Shown: positions 1-11,214, numbered from the stretch's first letter. The stretch: 64,000 nucleotides of DNA from an uncultured Spirochaetota bacterium (GCA_963820525.1 CAWGAA010000001.1:1408001-1472000), one strand, 5' to 3'. The notes: a model not told the origin generated them from the letters alone. Translations and numbers: made by a program.

Positions 1-1
1 C

Positions 2-1249
2 TCCTCGGAATACCGCCCCGGTGTGGTGCAGACAGACCTCGATGGGATCGAACGCCTGAGCATCTCTCTGCTGGCGGACATGACAGTACAAAACGGAGAA
101 GCCACCGGCATTCCGACCTGGATCGACTGTTTTACGGGCAAACCCGGGCGGCTTCAGAACACGTTCGGAATCGGCTTCGTGGCCAGAAATCTGGAAGCCG
201 CCCTTCTCCTTCTCAAATATGGAGGCACGCGCGCAAACGAACATTACCGGCGGCTGGGCATTGAAATACTGGACTTCTGGGCTTCAAAGAGCGGAAAGGG
301 GCTCTCTCACACGGAGTACGATCCCGTCTCGCGGACCTGGATTGATGCCGGAGTGGAAAACGGCGCCACTTTCGTGTTCTTGCGTGACCAGTCGGAGTCG
401 CACCGTTCATGTCTCCAAGCCTGGTCCATTGAGCGGGCGGGGGGCGATGTTCACCCGCAGTGGTATTCATGGGCGCGAAGCTTTGGCGACTGGCTCCTTG
501 CGAAGCAGAACCCTGATGGCTCGTTCTACCGTGCCTATCGTCTCGATGGAACCCCGACTTCGCGTTCGACCGTGGATTGCGCGCACGTCATACCCTTTCT
601 CTTGGAGCTCGATCAGGCCAGCGGGACGACGACCTTCACGAGTGCGGCTTTGAGGGCAGCCGAGTACCTCTGGACGAACGTCCACAGGCATCGAGATTTC
701 ATCGGGGGGACCCTCGACAACCCCACCTGCTATGACAAGGAAGGATCCGCGCTTGCATTCGAAGCCTACCTGGCTCTTTTCGAGGCGACGGGCGAAAGGA
801 AATGGCTCGCAGCCGCAGAAACCGCCGCCCGAGTGTGCGAAACATGGATTTTCCAGTGGAATCTTCCGATGCCGTCCGACGATGAAAAGCGGTTTTTCGC
901 AGCCGGGCGCACGACAGTAGGGTTTCAGCTCATAACCACTGGCTTCTCCGCGTTCGACATGTACCTTACCCGCCACGTGCGGGAGTATGCCCGTTTGGCC
1001 AAGTACACGCGAGACAGGCATTATCTGGAAGTCGCCGACATGCTGCTGCACAACACCAAATGCACAATCCAGCTGCAAAGCGAATATGGGTACGCCCGGC
1101 CGGGTTTTCAGATCGAGCACTGGTCCATGGGACGCGGGCGCGGATATGGCATCAATTCCGGCTGGCTCCCGTGGGTGACAACGAGCCACCTGCTCTCGAT
1201 CGATGCGGCGAGGAGGGAATTCCCCCCAAGTTACAGCCAGCGCTCGTAA
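2..1249 (+). CDS. C-terminal part of a hypothetical protein, probably (alpha/alpha)6 six-hairpin glycosidase-like; 5'-truncated by the window edge
   Basis: Frame is open from the window start. Trp/Tyr-rich helical repeats (WLLAKQNPDGSFYR, YLALFEATGERKWLAAA) are typical of six-hairpin folds. Function cannot be assigned. Confidence 0.6.
   Translation, partial: SSEYRPGVVQTDLDGIERLSISLLADMTVQNGEATGIPTWIDCFTGKPGRLQNTFGIGFVARNLEAALLLLKYGGTRANEHYRRLGIEILDFWASKSGKGLSHTEYDPVSRTWIDAGVENGATFVFLRDQSESHRSCLQAWSIERAGGDVHPQWYSWARSFGDWLLAKQNPDGSFYRAYRLDGTPTSRSTVDCAHVIPFLLELDQASGTTTFTSAALRAAEYLWTNVHRHRDFIGGTLDNPTCYDKEGSALAFEAYLALFEATGERKWLAAAETAARVCETWIFQWNLPMPSDDEKRFFAAGRTTVGFQLITTGFSAFDMYLTRHVREYARLAKYTRDRHYLEVADMLLHNTKCTIQLQSEYGYARPGFQIEHWSMGRGRGYGINSGWLPWVTTSHLLSIDAARREFPPSYSQRS
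1168..1221 (+). repeat. Copy 1 of a 54-bp direct repeat (3' end of the first CDS, PWVTTSHLLSIDAARRE)
   Basis: 48/54 nt identical to 14342-14395, counted by hand. Confidence 0.9.
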
Positions 1250-1370
1250 GGAATGTCGGCGCCCCTAGCCCTGACGTATGCACATGACACCTTGGAGGCG
1301 CTCCAGGTCACCCGCGGGTGAAATCAGGGTGCCTTTCTTGCGTGTATGCTCCAAAGACGGGACAAGGGAT

Positions 1371-2287
1371 ATGCGTGTACGGACGATCATGTGCGCGATC
1401 GCCACTGTATGCGGCATCGGTTGTGTTTCCTCACCTCCCGCGGGGCTGCCCGACTTCATGGAATCCAGGGATGTGCCCGCCGGCATGGGCGTACTGTGCG
1501 TCTATCGGCCGGCACAACACTTCGGCAGCGTCAATCCCATGCCCATTTTTCGGGAGCAGGATCTCGCGGCTGAATTGTCGAGCGGTACCTGCATAGAGCT
1601 CGCCGTATACCCCGGCAACAGGACAATCAGGGCTTCGCTCATGGGCGCGAAAAGCCCGGTCGTCGACGGAGCGCTCACGTTGGTCGTACGGGGCCGTCGA
1701 ACGGGATCGCCCCCGGTACCGGAGCGCCCATCGCCCCAAATGTTCCCAAAAAAATCAACCAGCTTCTAGGGGCTGGCGTCTCCGTCCGACTCATCGTTAT
1801 TCTTCCGGAGAGAGACGTCACGTATCACGGACCCGCGTTCGAGATGGCCATGGCCGCGTGGCAGAAGAAAATGGCCGCGGAAATCGTGGCCATGGATACC
1901 GGCACGATCTTGAGCACGTACGCGGACGCGGCGGGCTTTTCCGTCGTCAATCGCGAGAGCTTCAAGGAGATCCTCGGAGAGTTCGAGCTGCAGGGCTCGG
2001 AGGCGTTCGACGAGAAGGAGACGGCGAAGATCGGACGCATGGTGGGCGCCAATTACATGCTGCTCATATCGTTCTCCCGTTCCCACATTGCCGGCGACCG
2101 TTTCCGGGACGTGCGGACGAACAAGTTGATCGACATGGAGCGCAACACCATCCTTGCGCTCGACGAGATCGCCTAGGAATTCGCGGTCGACGCCATAACT
2201 CAGAATGCCAGGCTTCTGGAAAGCCGCCTCAATGGAAGGCGGTTCATCGTCGATACGTACACGGGACGCTCGTCGTACGCGGAGTAG
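1371..2287 (+). pseudogene. Lipoprotein with a DUF2846-like N-terminal domain and a CsgG/FlgO-like C-terminal domain, disrupted
   Basis: Signal peptide with GIGC lipobox and VLCVYRP motif. A frameshift near 1680 leads into the frame encoding VVNRESFKEILGEFELQG..AKIGRMVGANY. An in-frame TAG at 2174-2176 is followed by 36 more protein-like codons to 2287. Confidence 0.55.
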
Positions 2288-2413
2288 GACAGGCGGAAGC
2301 GCCTTTGGGAGAGGAGCACAACGACCTGGTTTCAGGATGATTTTTAATGAGGCAATGCGCTGCGTTGCGGAACCGCTATCGGCCCGGGTTCATGCAAATT
2401 CCCAGACGTAGAA

Positions 2414-2625
2414 ATGCCGATCGAAAACAAAAAGGCGTTCCAGCCTAACGCGGACCTGAAGGCGCCGACTCCGCTTGTGGATGAGGTGAAGACGCTGACA
2501 GGAGCGAGCTCTACGGTCTTTCAACGCATGAACGATGCCGGCGATATGCTGCGGATCGCTACCAACGTTGTGGCAAACGGCGGGAAAAGGGCCATTGGAA
2601 CCTACATTCCCGCTATCGATCCCTC
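2414..2625 (+). pseudogene. Fragment of a Cache sensor domain of the MCP type
   Basis: LVDEVKTLTGASSTVFQRMNDAGDMLRIATNV..GKRAIGTYIPA is a recognisable Cache_3/Cache_2 segment, with no TM or signalling domain attached. Confidence 0.7.
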
Positions 2626-2860
2626 GAGCCCATTTCTCGAGGTAAACAGGTCGCCGGCAAGCAGCAGCCCATCCTGTTGGTGATTGTAGACGACATGGCC
2701 GGGAGAGTGACCGGGTGTAAAATATGCAGTCATCTCGCTTTCAATCCCTCGAGCGGAGGAGCGGAAAGCTCCGAGAGCAAAGATTCCTTGTCTTTGAAGC
2801 ATAGATAGATCGCCGTGTGCGAGCAGCCGGACTCCAAGGCGATCCGCCGCATGGTGACTC
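2623..2860 (-). pseudogene. Fragment of an MBL-fold metallo-hydrolase
   Basis: FTPGHSPGHVVY..LLLAGDLF motif is present; the HxHxDH motif and both termini are missing. Confidence 0.65.
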
Positions 2861-2986
2861 CATCAAATCCGAAAACGGCGAACAGCCGCGCAGCCGCCTT
2901 CAGAATCGTACGTCGTGTCTCCAGGCCGCTCGGCCGCCGATAGCCCCGCCGGTTTGCAGCCGATGTCTTGTCGACCTTTTTTCTCC

Positions 2987-3865
2987 CTACGCCTGACCGG
3001 CGTGGAGACCCAGGTTCCCGGCGATTATGCGATCCAGGAAGCGCTTGGACATCAGGTGCTGTGACGCCCAGATCATCGGGTTGGCCGCGGTGAGGGAGTA
3101 GCGGACCCGGGGTTTTCCCGCGCTCAGGGCTTCAAGGACGAGCCTGCCGACACGCTCGGGCCGCGCCCCCCTCCGTCCCGAGGACACCATCGAGTCCCTC
3201 AGGCGGATCAGCGGTTTCAGGTACAGAGACCGCGCGTAGGCCGATAGGTCGATCGCGTTGGCTTTGTCCTAGATGGCGGTTGCCACGCTTCCCGGATCGA
3301 TCACGATCACGTCGACGCCGTACGGCATGCACTCGCGGCGCAGGCTGTCCGACAATCCCTCCAGTCCGTGCTTGGCAGCCGCGTAAGCTCCCAGAAAAGG
3401 CATGGCCAGCTTTCCCGCTATGGAGCTGATGTTGACGATGCGCGCGGGCCCGTCCGCTTCCCCGCCGCGCGGGCGCAGCAGCGGGAAAAAGGCCTGGGTG
3501 ACGGTGAGCACGCTCACCAGATTCACCTCGAGCTGCCTGCGAAATTCGGAAACGGGCAGCTCCAGAAGCGGACCGGGCACGGCAATCCCCGCATTGTTCA
3601 CCAGGCCGAAAAGCCTTCCGCCGTCGAGCGCCTCCCGTGTTACCGCCGCCGCTCTCTCCACGGCTACGGCGTCCGTCACGTCGAAGATCAGGGGAGTGAA
3701 GGCGCCGCCCAGCTCTCTGGAAAGCCTTTCCGCGTCTCCGGGCTTGCGTACGCTGCCGAAGACCCGGTAGCCGTGCGACGCGAGCACTCGCGCCGTCCCG
3801 TTTCCGATCCCGCTGGAGACTCCCGTGACCACGACGGCCCGCCCGCTCCGATTTCCTGGATCCAT
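2987..3865 (-). pseudogene. SDR-family oxidoreductase interrupted by one in-frame TAG (3269-3271)
   Basis: TGVSSGIG, NNAG and YAAAK motifs. The frame reads ..GSVATAI*DKANAID..KPRVRY.., with TAG where Trp (TGG) is expected. Confidence 0.8.
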
Positions 3866-3940
3866 TGGTTTTCCTCTCGAGATGGAATGTAGGCAAAAAC
3901 GCGGCGGGGAGCCATCCCGAATGGGAGCGTGATCGGTCGG

Positions 3941-4932
3941 CTACTGCTTGAGCACTTCCTCCCACGTCGTCACGGGCCAGGCGGTCCTGAACAGCTCCGC
4001 GATCGCGGGCTTCGCCTTCTCTCGAATGGCGGCAGCGTCGGGAGCGGTCACCGTCATGCCCTGGGACTCGAGCTGCGCGAGCAGCTCTCCCTCGCCGGTC
4101 TTGATCTTCTGGGTTGCCCACTCGCAGGCCTTGCCCATGACGCTCATGACCCGGCTGCGGTCCGACGAGGACAGTTGTTTATAGGAGTCCCCGTTCATCA
4201 TCACCCATCCTATCGCCACGAGGTGGTTGGTGATGCTCAGGTGCGACTGCACCTCGGACAGCTTGAAGGACACCACCTGGGGAAGGTGCCCCTCGGAGGC
4301 TTCCGCCCTGCCGTCCTTCAGGGCCTGGTAGAGCTCCGTCAATGGGACCGGCACGGGCTGCGTACCGAGGGACTGCCACACTGCGATCCATGTCTGGACG
4401 ACGGGCAGGCGGAGCTTCAAGCCCATGAGATCCTCGGGACCCCTGATCGGCTTGTTGGACGTCGTCTGCCGAAGCCCGCGATACACGGTGCCCATGTCGA
4501 CCATGTTTCCGTTGGCCAGCACGAGGTCACTTCGCTTTCTTGCCCAGAGGGACCTTTCCAGACCCGCACGAAGTGCTCGTAATCCTTGATGACGTAGGGG
4601 GCGTTGAAGAAGAAATACTGCGGGGAGAAGACCTCCAGGGGGCGGCCGCCGGTGAGCTGGATGTCGACGACGCCCTGCGAGCACTGGATGTTGACGTCCT
4701 CTTCCGACGCCGCTCCGGCGATGAGGAGCACGGAGATCCGCCCGTCGGTCTCTTCCTCGATCATGGATTTGAACTTTTCCGCAGCATCGACGAGGATGTG
4801 GCCGGCTTTGAAGGGAGACGCCACCCTCAGCACGACACGCTCCTGGGCTCCTTCGGCAAAGCACAGGGAGCCCGAAAGTATGAGCAACGCCACGGCGAGC
4901 ATCCATACGCGTCGAATCGTGGATACTTTCAT
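3941..4932 (-). CDS. dctP: TRAP transporter solute-binding protein (DctP family), frameshifted near 4530-4550
   Basis: Signal peptide; motifs FFFNAPY, DLMGLKLR and ELYQALKDG. N- and C-halves lie in different frames (likely assembly indels). No dctQ/dctM adjacent. Confidence 0.8.
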
Positions 4933-4982
4933 ACCATCCTCCTTCGTTCGGCCGCTCCTTGGAGGGACCGACACAAACCGGT

Positions 4983-5012
4983 ATACTATGACGTAAGACG
5001 TCTGTTGTCAAG
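4983..5012 (-). promoter_or_regulatory. Sigma70 promoter of dctP with an operator in the spacer
   Basis: Minus strand reads TTGACA-17 nt (ACAGACGTCTTACGTCA)-TAGTAT. Confidence 0.8.
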
Positions 5013-5103
5013 AGAATCCCGCCTGTATGGCGCCGCGCCGCGGAGTTGGGGCGCGGCGGTTCCACCTCGTATCGCCGGCGTTCCCGAAAGGCACTTCTTT
5101 TTC

Positions 5104-5133
5104 CTTGACACCTGACGTCTTACGTCTTAGAAT
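5104..5133 (+). promoter_or_regulatory. Sigma70 promoter of the M24-tctCBA operon with an operator in the spacer, probably leaderless
   Basis: TTGACA-17 nt (CCTGACGTCTTACGTCT)-TAGAAT; the ATG lies 6 nt downstream of the -10. Confidence 0.8.
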
Positions 5134-5139
5134 GAGGCC

Positions 5140-6243
5140 ATGAACCTCCTTGAAGAAATCAGGGAGAAAAAGGGGCGGCTGCGCGCCCTCATGCGGGAGC
5201 AGAAGCTCGACGCCGTCTACCTCAAGCGCCAACCCAACTTCGCCTGGCTCACCGCGGGCGGTTCGAACGTGGTGGGCATCACGCTCGAGCTGGGCGTCGC
5301 CGGCCTCCTTCTCACCGCCGAGCGCGAGTACGTGGTTTGCAACAATATCGAGGCGCCCCGCATTTGCAAGGAAGAGCGCCTGGAGTGGCAGGGCTACGAG
5401 ATCCGGCAGTTCCCCTGGTACGAAGAGTGCGAGCGTGAAACCATCGCGTCCCTGGCGGGCGGGGGAAAGATAGGCGCCGATCACGCATTGCCGGACACCG
5501 TGGACATCAGCCTCATGATCAACCCCCTGCGCTACGCTCTCACGCCAGCGGAGGTGGAACGTTACCGCCGGATGGGGCAGCTCACCGCACGGGCTATCGA
5601 GGAGACGGCGCTCTCCGTGCGGCCGGGCGACCGTGAATGCGCAATCGTCGGCCGCCTTGCGGCCAGGCTGTGGGAGAACAGCCTGGATTACATCACGGTA
5701 TTCTGCGCCGCCGACGAGCGCATCGACATGTTCCGTCACCCCATTCCCACGGAGAACCGGGTTCGAAAGCGCGTAATGCTCTGTGTGAACTCCCGATTCC
5801 ACGGGCTCATTGTCTCCCTCACCCGCTTTGTCAGCTTCGGCCCGATCACGCCCGAGCTTCGCCGCCGCTACGACTCGAACGTCCTCATCGACTGCACCCT
5901 GATGGCCCACACCGTGCCCGGAAAGCCTGTGGTGGAGGCCTTCCGCAAGGGCGTGGAAGCGTATGCCCGGGAGGGATTCCCGGAGGAGTACAAGCTCCAC
6001 CACCAGGGAGGAGCCATCGGCTACCTGGGTCGTGATTATAAGGTCGATTTCCGCACGCAGGAGATCGTGCGCGATAACCAGGCGTTTGCCTGGAACCCGT
6101 CGATAACCGGATCGAAGAGCGAGGATACGATGATCGCCAGGGCGGAGGGGCCGCTGATCGTCTCCCCGCCCATTGTGTTTCCAAGCGTGAAACGGGAAGT
6201 AGCCGGCCGTATATTCATGCGGCCGGATATCCTGGAGCTGTAA
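5140..6243 (+). CDS. M24 (aminopeptidase P/creatinase) family hydrolase with degenerate metal ligands
   Basis: Creatinase-like N-domain (NFAWLTAG) and pita-bread domain motifs FRHP, SLTR, HHQGG, WNPS and KSEDT. Confidence 0.8.
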   Translation: MNLLEEIREKKGRLRALMREQKLDAVYLKRQPNFAWLTAGGSNVVGITLELGVAGLLLTAEREYVVCNNIEAPRICKEERLEWQGYEIRQFPWYEECERETIASLAGGGKIGADHALPDTVDISLMINPLRYALTPAEVERYRRMGQLTARAIEETALSVRPGDRECAIVGRLAARLWENSLDYITVFCAADERIDMFRHPIPTENRVRKRVMLCVNSRFHGLIVSLTRFVSFGPITPELRRRYDSNVLIDCTLMAHTVPGKPVVEAFRKGVEAYAREGFPEEYKLHHQGGAIGYLGRDYKVDFRTQEIVRDNQAFAWNPSITGSKSEDTMIARAEGPLIVSPPIVFPSVKREVAGRIFMRPDILEL

Positions 6244-6286
6244 AACGGTTCCGCAATCAGTTGGTTCTGTGAGGAGGCGTATGAAT

Positions 6287-7267
6287 ATGGAAAAGAAGGT
6301 CGTTCTGCTTCTCGCGCTTTTAGCCGCCGTCGGGGGCATTGCTGCCTTCGCCGAAGGCAAAGGGGAGGAGGTGTACCCCTCGCGGGAAATCGAGCTCATG
6401 GTACCCTGGTCGATCGGGGGCAGCACGGACGTGGTGTTCAGAACCTTCCAGATGGTGCTGCCGAAATACCTCAAGGCTCCGGTGATCGTGGTCAACCGCC
6501 CCGGCGGGGGAGCGGTTCCCGGATACGCCGAGGCGATGACCAAGAAGCCTGATGGATACTACATCGTGGCGTGGGCGACGGCCGCCATCACGAAGGTCCA
6601 CATGAGCGAGTGCCCCTACGACGCGAACACTTTCGTGCCGGTCATCAACCTGGTCGACGCGCCCTGCTGGGTGCTTGTTCCCGCCAACTCTCCCTACCAG
6701 ACCCTGGCGGACCTCCTGGCCGACGCGAAGAAGAGGCCCGGACAGGTGAACATGGGCAACGCAGGGGCGGGCGGGGGAACCCACATGATCATCCTGGCGT
6801 TCGAGAAGAAAGCGGGCGTCACGTTCAACCACGTTCCCTTCGCCGGAGGCGGCCCCATGGTGGTTGCGGCCGTGGGAGGCCACGTCGACGCGGTGGTCGG
6901 AAGCCCGCCGGAGGGCGTGCCCCAGCTCGAGAGCGGCCAGCTTCGCGGGCTCGCCGTGTTCGCCAAGCAGCGCCTGAATCAGTTCCCCAAAGTGCCCACG
7001 GCGGCCGAACAGGGCGTCGATTTCTCCCTGGGCCAGTGGCGAGGCATCGCGGCGATCAAGGGAACGGATCCCAAGAAGATCAAGTACCTTCATGACGTGT
7101 TCCACGCCTGCATGCAGGACGAGGACTTCAAGGCGCTGGCGAAGACCGCGGGCATCATGGTGAACTACATGGGAACCGAGGACTTCACCAAGTTCGTCGC
7201 GGAGCAGGACAAGCTCTACGAGGAGATCGTCAAGAGCAACAAGCTCGGAGACCGCTACAAGTACTGA
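6287..7267 (+). CDS. tctC: Tripartite tricarboxylate transporter substrate-binding protein (TctC/Bug)
   Basis: [33 protein letters not shown] and VPT motifs; RBS GAGGAGG. Confidence 0.9.
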   Translation: MEKKVVLLLALLAAVGGIAAFAEGKGEEVYPSREIELMVPWSIGGSTDVVFRTFQMVLPKYLKAPVIVVNRPGGGAVPGYAEAMTKKPDGYYIVAWATAAITKVHMSECPYDANTFVPVINLVDAPCWVLVPANSPYQTLADLLADAKKRPGQVNMGNAGAGGGTHMIILAFEKKAGVTFNHVPFAGGGPMVVAAVGGHVDAVVGSPPEGVPQLESGQLRGLAVFAKQRLNQFPKVPTAAEQGVDFSLGQWRGIAAIKGTDPKKIKYLHDVFHACMQDEDFKALAKTAGIMVNYMGTEDFTKFVAEQDKLYEEIVKSNKLGDRYKY

Positions 7268-7296
7268 AGTCCCACCGCAGACAGAAAACTTTCACG

Positions 7297-7327
7297 CGCC
7301 GCGCGCGCAGTCTCTTCGCGCGCGGCG
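7297..7327 (+). terminator. Intergenic stem-loop after tctC (mRNA-stabilising or attenuating)
   Basis: Perfect 11-bp stem CGCCGCGCGCG / CGCGCGCGGCG with a 9-nt loop and no U tract. Confidence 0.6.
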
Positions 7328-7346
7328 TAGAGGGAGAGTGAGAGGT

Positions 7347-7817
7347 ATGGGAACAAGCGATATCGTTTTCGGGGGACTCTTCGGGCTTTTGTCGATCGTA
7401 CTCTTCGCGCTGACCCTCGGCTTTCCGACGCTCACTGTGGCGCTGTCTCCCACGGTGTTTCCGAGGTTCGTGAGCACAGGCATGTTCCTTTTTTCCGCGA
7501 TCCTGACCGTTCAGGGGATCCGTAAACGGGCCAAGGCGGCGAGGCGCATGGATGCGGAAAAGGTTCGCCTGCGGATGGATTGGCCTTTCGTCCTTCGATT
7601 CATCCTGCTCGCCGCCGACTCCCTGCTGTACCTCGTTCTGCTGGAGCCAATCGGATACATCCTGACAACCCCGCCGTGCATCGCCGCGGCAATGCTCGTC
7701 TTCGGGGAGCGGCGCTGGCTTCGGATCGTGCTCGCTTCCGTGGCCGGCACGGCGATCATGTACGCGGTGTTTCGCATGCTCTTCCGGGTGCCTCTGCCCC
7801 GCTCGCCCCTTTGGTGA
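7347..7817 (+). CDS. tctB: Tripartite tricarboxylate transporter small permease
   Basis: Four TM segments, SPTVFP motif and C-terminal VPLP; lies between tctC and tctA. Confidence 0.85.
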   Translation: MGTSDIVFGGLFGLLSIVLFALTLGFPTLTVALSPTVFPRFVSTGMFLFSAILTVQGIRKRAKAARRMDAEKVRLRMDWPFVLRFILLAADSLLYLVLLEPIGYILTTPPCIAAAMLVFGERRWLRIVLASVAGTAIMYAVFRMLFRVPLPRSPLW

Positions 7818-7830
7818 AAGGGAGATTCAT

Positions 7831-9315
7831 ATGGATGCGATTCTCCAGGCGTTCGCGTACGTATTCGCGCCCCAGCATTTCCTGTTCCTGGTCATCGGGA
7901 CCGCCGCCGGCATCCTGGTGGGGGCGATCCCCGGCCTAAGCGGATCGACGGGTATCGTTCTCGTGCTTCCCTTCCTTCCCTCCATGGCGCCCGCGGACGC
8001 GCTTCTCATCATGAGCGGCATCTTCTGCGGCTCGATGTTCGGGGGCTCGATCGCTTCCATTCTGATCTCCACGCCGGGAACGCCCTCCGCCGCGGCCACC
8101 GTGCTCGACGGCTACCCCATGGGACAGAGAGGAGAGGCGGGCAAGGCCATCGGGATCGCGCTGGTCGCCTCCACCATAGGGGGGACGATCTCCGCGCTGA
8201 GCATGATCTTCATCTCCTGGCCTCTGGCGACGGTGGCCCTGCAGTTCGGGCCGGAGGAGTACTTCGCCCTGATGGTCTTCGGCCTGACCATCATCGCGAG
8301 CGTTTCCGGGGATTCCCTGGTCAAAGGGCTTGTCTCGGGATTTTTCGGGCTCGCGGTCGGCCTCATCGGCATGGATGAGGTATCCGGCTACTCCCGACTG
8401 TCCTTCAACATGCCCAGCCTGATGGCGGGTCTTCCGATGCTTCCCGTTCTGGTGGGGGTCTTCGCGATCTCCCAGGTTTTCATTGAGCTTCAGCGGATCG
8501 GCGCGAAGGTGGTGCGCTTCAAGCAGAAGATCGCGAGGGTCCTTCCCACCTGGAAGGAGTTCACGCACCTCCTGCCGGTGATCCTGCCGTCTTCGTTCAT
8601 AGGAGTGTTCATTGGTGTGGTTCCGGGAACGGGAGGCTCCATCGCCTCCTGGATCGCCTACAATGAGACCAAGCGGTTCTCCAAGGACCCCGACAGCTTC
8701 GGCAAGGGGAACCCCCGCGGCATCGCGGCGCCGGAAGCGGCGAACAACGGGACCACGGGCGGGGCCATGGTGCCGATGCTCACCCTGGGGATTCCAGGAG
8801 ACGTGATCACCGCCGTGATGCTGGGCGCTCTGGTGCTCATTGGCGTGCGGCCGGGACCGCTCCTCTTCGCCCAACACCCCGACATCATCAACTCCCTGTA
8901 CGTCGGGTTCGTCATGGCCCAGCTCATCATGTTCGCTCTGGGGGTCCTCACGGTGAGGATCTGGCCGAAGGTGCTTTCGGCACCCTCCCAGGTGCTTTTC
9001 CCTCTGATTCTGGCCACCTGCTTCATCGGCACCTTTTCCTCGAACAACAGCATCTTCGACATGTTCGTGGCGCTGGCGTTCGGAGTGATCGGCTTTTTCG
9101 TACACAAGTTCGGATTCTCCTCGGCGGCTCTCATCCTGGGGGTCATCCTCGGGCCTCTTGCGGAGCGCGAGCTGGGCACGGCCCTCATTATCTCGCACGG
9201 GAACTGGGGGGCGCTTTTCCGCTCGCCCCTGGCCCTGGTCTTCCACGGCCTTTCGGTTTTGTCGGTGGCGTATGCGCTCGTGCGGCAGTATAAACGGAAG
9301 CCCGTGAAGGGCTGA
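7831..9315 (+). CDS. tctA: Tripartite tricarboxylate transporter large permease
   Basis: GAIPGL, STPGTPSAAATVLDGYPM, APEAANN and LTLGIPG motifs. Confidence 0.95.
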   Translation: MDAILQAFAYVFAPQHFLFLVIGTAAGILVGAIPGLSGSTGIVLVLPFLPSMAPADALLIMSGIFCGSMFGGSIASILISTPGTPSAAATVLDGYPMGQRGEAGKAIGIALVASTIGGTISALSMIFISWPLATVALQFGPEEYFALMVFGLTIIASVSGDSLVKGLVSGFFGLAVGLIGMDEVSGYSRLSFNMPSLMAGLPMLPVLVGVFAISQVFIELQRIGAKVVRFKQKIARVLPTWKEFTHLLPVILPSSFIGVFIGVVPGTGGSIASWIAYNETKRFSKDPDSFGKGNPRGIAAPEAANNGTTGGAMVPMLTLGIPGDVITAVMLGALVLIGVRPGPLLFAQHPDIINSLYVGFVMAQLIMFALGVLTVRIWPKVLSAPSQVLFPLILATCFIGTFSSNNSIFDMFVALAFGVIGFFVHKFGFSSAALILGVILGPLAERELGTALIISHGNWGALFRSPLALVFHGLSVLSVAYALVRQYKRKPVKG

Positions 9316-9327
9316 GGGAGTTTCGAG

Positions 9328-10371
9328 ATGGAGTTTGGAATCGGCATCGTGGGGACCGGGCTCATTGCCGACATGCAGGCGCGTGCCATAGTGGAGGCGG
9401 CCGGCGTGCGGCTGGTGTCAGTGCTCAGCCGCACCCAGGATCGGGCCGCCGCCTTCGCGGCCAGGAACCGCTGCGCGCCGTACTGGGACATGTCCGCGTT
9501 CCTGCGCGATCCCAAGCTGGACATCGTCTCCATCTGCACGCCGCCGAGCCTCCACCGCGAACCCGCCCTGCGGGCCATCGAGGCGGGCAAGCACGTGATG
9601 GTGGAGAAGCCGCTGGAGATCACGCTGGCGGGCTGTGATGCCATCATCGAGGCCGCGGAGCGCAAGGGCGTGCGCGCGGGGTGCATCTTCCAGTCCCGCT
9701 TCCACGAGGCCGCGCGTGTTCTCAAGCGCGCGGTGGAAGAGAGGAGGTTCGGCCGGCTGGTGCTGGGTGAGGCCAGCGTGAAGTGGTACAGGTCCCAGAC
9801 CTACTACGACGAGGGCGGGTGGAAGAGCAGAAAGACCTTCGAGGCCGGAGCCGCCATGAACCAGGCCATCCACGCCATCGACCTATTGTTGTGGTACATG
9901 GGTCCCGTGCGCAGCGTGTTCGCCTTCGCCGATACCCTCGGTCACGAGCAGCTGGAGGTCGAGGATACCGCGGTCGCCGCCCTGAGGTTCGCCGACGGAA
10001 GCTTCGGGGCGATTCAGGCTTCCACGGCCGTGTCGCCGGGATTCAAGAAGAGGATCGAGATCTGCGGAACCGCGGGCTCGGCGATCCTCGAGGAGGAGGA
10101 CCTGAAGTTCTGGCAGTTCGATCCGCCGCGGCCCGAGGACGAGCAGATCCGCGCAGCGTACGGGCGGAAGACGCGGACGGGCGGGGGCGCCGCGGATCCC
10201 GCCGCCATTGGAACCCACGGGCATCGGGCGCAGTTCGAGGAGTTCGCATCGGCGCTGAGCGGAAACCTGCCGCTCACGGTGGACGCGGCGGAGGCGCGCA
10301 AATCCGTGGCAATCATACTGGCGATGTACAAGAGCGCGCGGACGGGCAAACCCGTCGATCCGAGGGGATGA
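9328..10371 (+). CDS. Gfo/Idh/MocA family oxidoreductase
   Basis: GIVGTG, AGKHVMVEKP and NQAIHAID motifs. Confidence 0.9.
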   Translation: MEFGIGIVGTGLIADMQARAIVEAAGVRLVSVLSRTQDRAAAFAARNRCAPYWDMSAFLRDPKLDIVSICTPPSLHREPALRAIEAGKHVMVEKPLEITLAGCDAIIEAAERKGVRAGCIFQSRFHEAARVLKRAVEERRFGRLVLGEASVKWYRSQTYYDEGGWKSRKTFEAGAAMNQAIHAIDLLLWYMGPVRSVFAFADTLGHEQLEVEDTAVAALRFADGSFGAIQASTAVSPGFKKRIEICGTAGSAILEEEDLKFWQFDPPRPEDEQIRAAYGRKTRTGGGAADPAAIGTHGHRAQFEEFASALSGNLPLTVDAAEARKSVAIILAMYKSARTGKPVDPRG

Positions 10372-10411
10372 TCCCGAATATGGCCGGGATGACGGCGCGC
10401 CCGCGTTCGCT

Positions 10412-11113
10412 TTACGGTTTCCCGGATCCGATCGAGACCGTGCGCTTGTAGCTGGCCTCCATATGCGCGCGCATGGCGCGAAACGCCATTTCAGGATTTT
10501 TCTCCCGGATCGCCTTGAGGATCTGGGAATGCTCCCTGAACGCCTTTCGGTGATCCTCGATTGTGCGGGGGGCGTAGCGGAGAGTCTTGACGATGGCTTC
10601 CACGATGACGGGCATGATTCTCATGATGACGGGGTTCCTTGTCGCCCTTGCGATGCTCCCGTGAAACTCCAGCTCGACGTCCACCCAGCGCTCGTCCCGG
10701 GTCATGATGCCCGCCATCTTCTCCAAAAGCGCCTCCAGTCTCTCCACGTCGCCCTTGACCGCGCGCTCGGCGGCCAGGCGGGCCACCTCCGGCTCCAGGA
10801 TTCGTCGCGCCTCCATGAGGGACAGCGGCAGATCGCGCTCCGGGAGAAAGTCCAGCCCGAGGGGATCGTTGGCGACCCCGGGATTCTTCATGACGAAGGT
10901 TCCCTTGCCCCGTACGATCTCCACGATATTCTGGGAGACGAGGCTCTTGACCGCCTCCCGGACGGTCGGCCTGCTCACTCCAAAGAGTTCGGCGAGCTGC
11001 ATCTCATTGGGCAGCTTATCCCCGGCCTTCAGCTTCTGGCCTCGGATCAACGCCTTGATGTGGTTGGCGGCTTCGCGCGAGAGGTGACTCTGAGTGGTGA
11101 GTTTCTTGTACAT
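10412..11113 (-). CDS. GntR-family (FadR subfamily) transcriptional regulator
   Basis: GDKLPNE..LAELFGVSRPTVREA winged HTH plus an FCD domain (FHGSIA..NP, EH..I). Confidence 0.95.
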   Translation of the reverse strand: MYKKLTTQSHLSREAANHIKALIRGQKLKAGDKLPNEMQLAELFGVSRPTVREAVKSLVSQNIVEIVRGKGTFVMKNPGVANDPLGLDFLPERDLPLSLMEARRILEPEVARLAAERAVKGDVERLEALLEKMAGIMTRDERWVDVELEFHGSIARATRNPVIMRIMPVIVEAIVKTLRYAPRTIEDHRKAFREHSQILKAIREKNPEMAFRAMRAHMEASYKRTVSIGSGKP

Positions 11114-11186
11114 GGTGCTACCCTACCGGGGGCCTTTCCGGCGGCCGGGCCGCCCATATTTCCGCCGCTGTCCACGGCGGCCAGGT

Positions 11187-11214
11187 TTGACAACAGACGA
11201 CAAACGAGTATGAT
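11187..11214 (+). promoter_or_regulatory. Sigma70 promoter of kdgK-eda with a degenerate copy of the operator
   Basis: TTGACA-16 nt-TATGAT; the first 13 nt (TTGACAACAGACG) are identical to the dctP promoter. Confidence 0.7.

Noticed and set aside
2174..3271. Amber recoding or pyrrolysine readthrough at two in-frame TAG codons (2174 and 3269)
   Set aside because: Many intact genes here end normally in TAG (kdgK, eda, GH42, lpdA) and no pyl genes are seen. Both codons fit a TGG-to-TAG mutation or a base-calling error in a decaying region.
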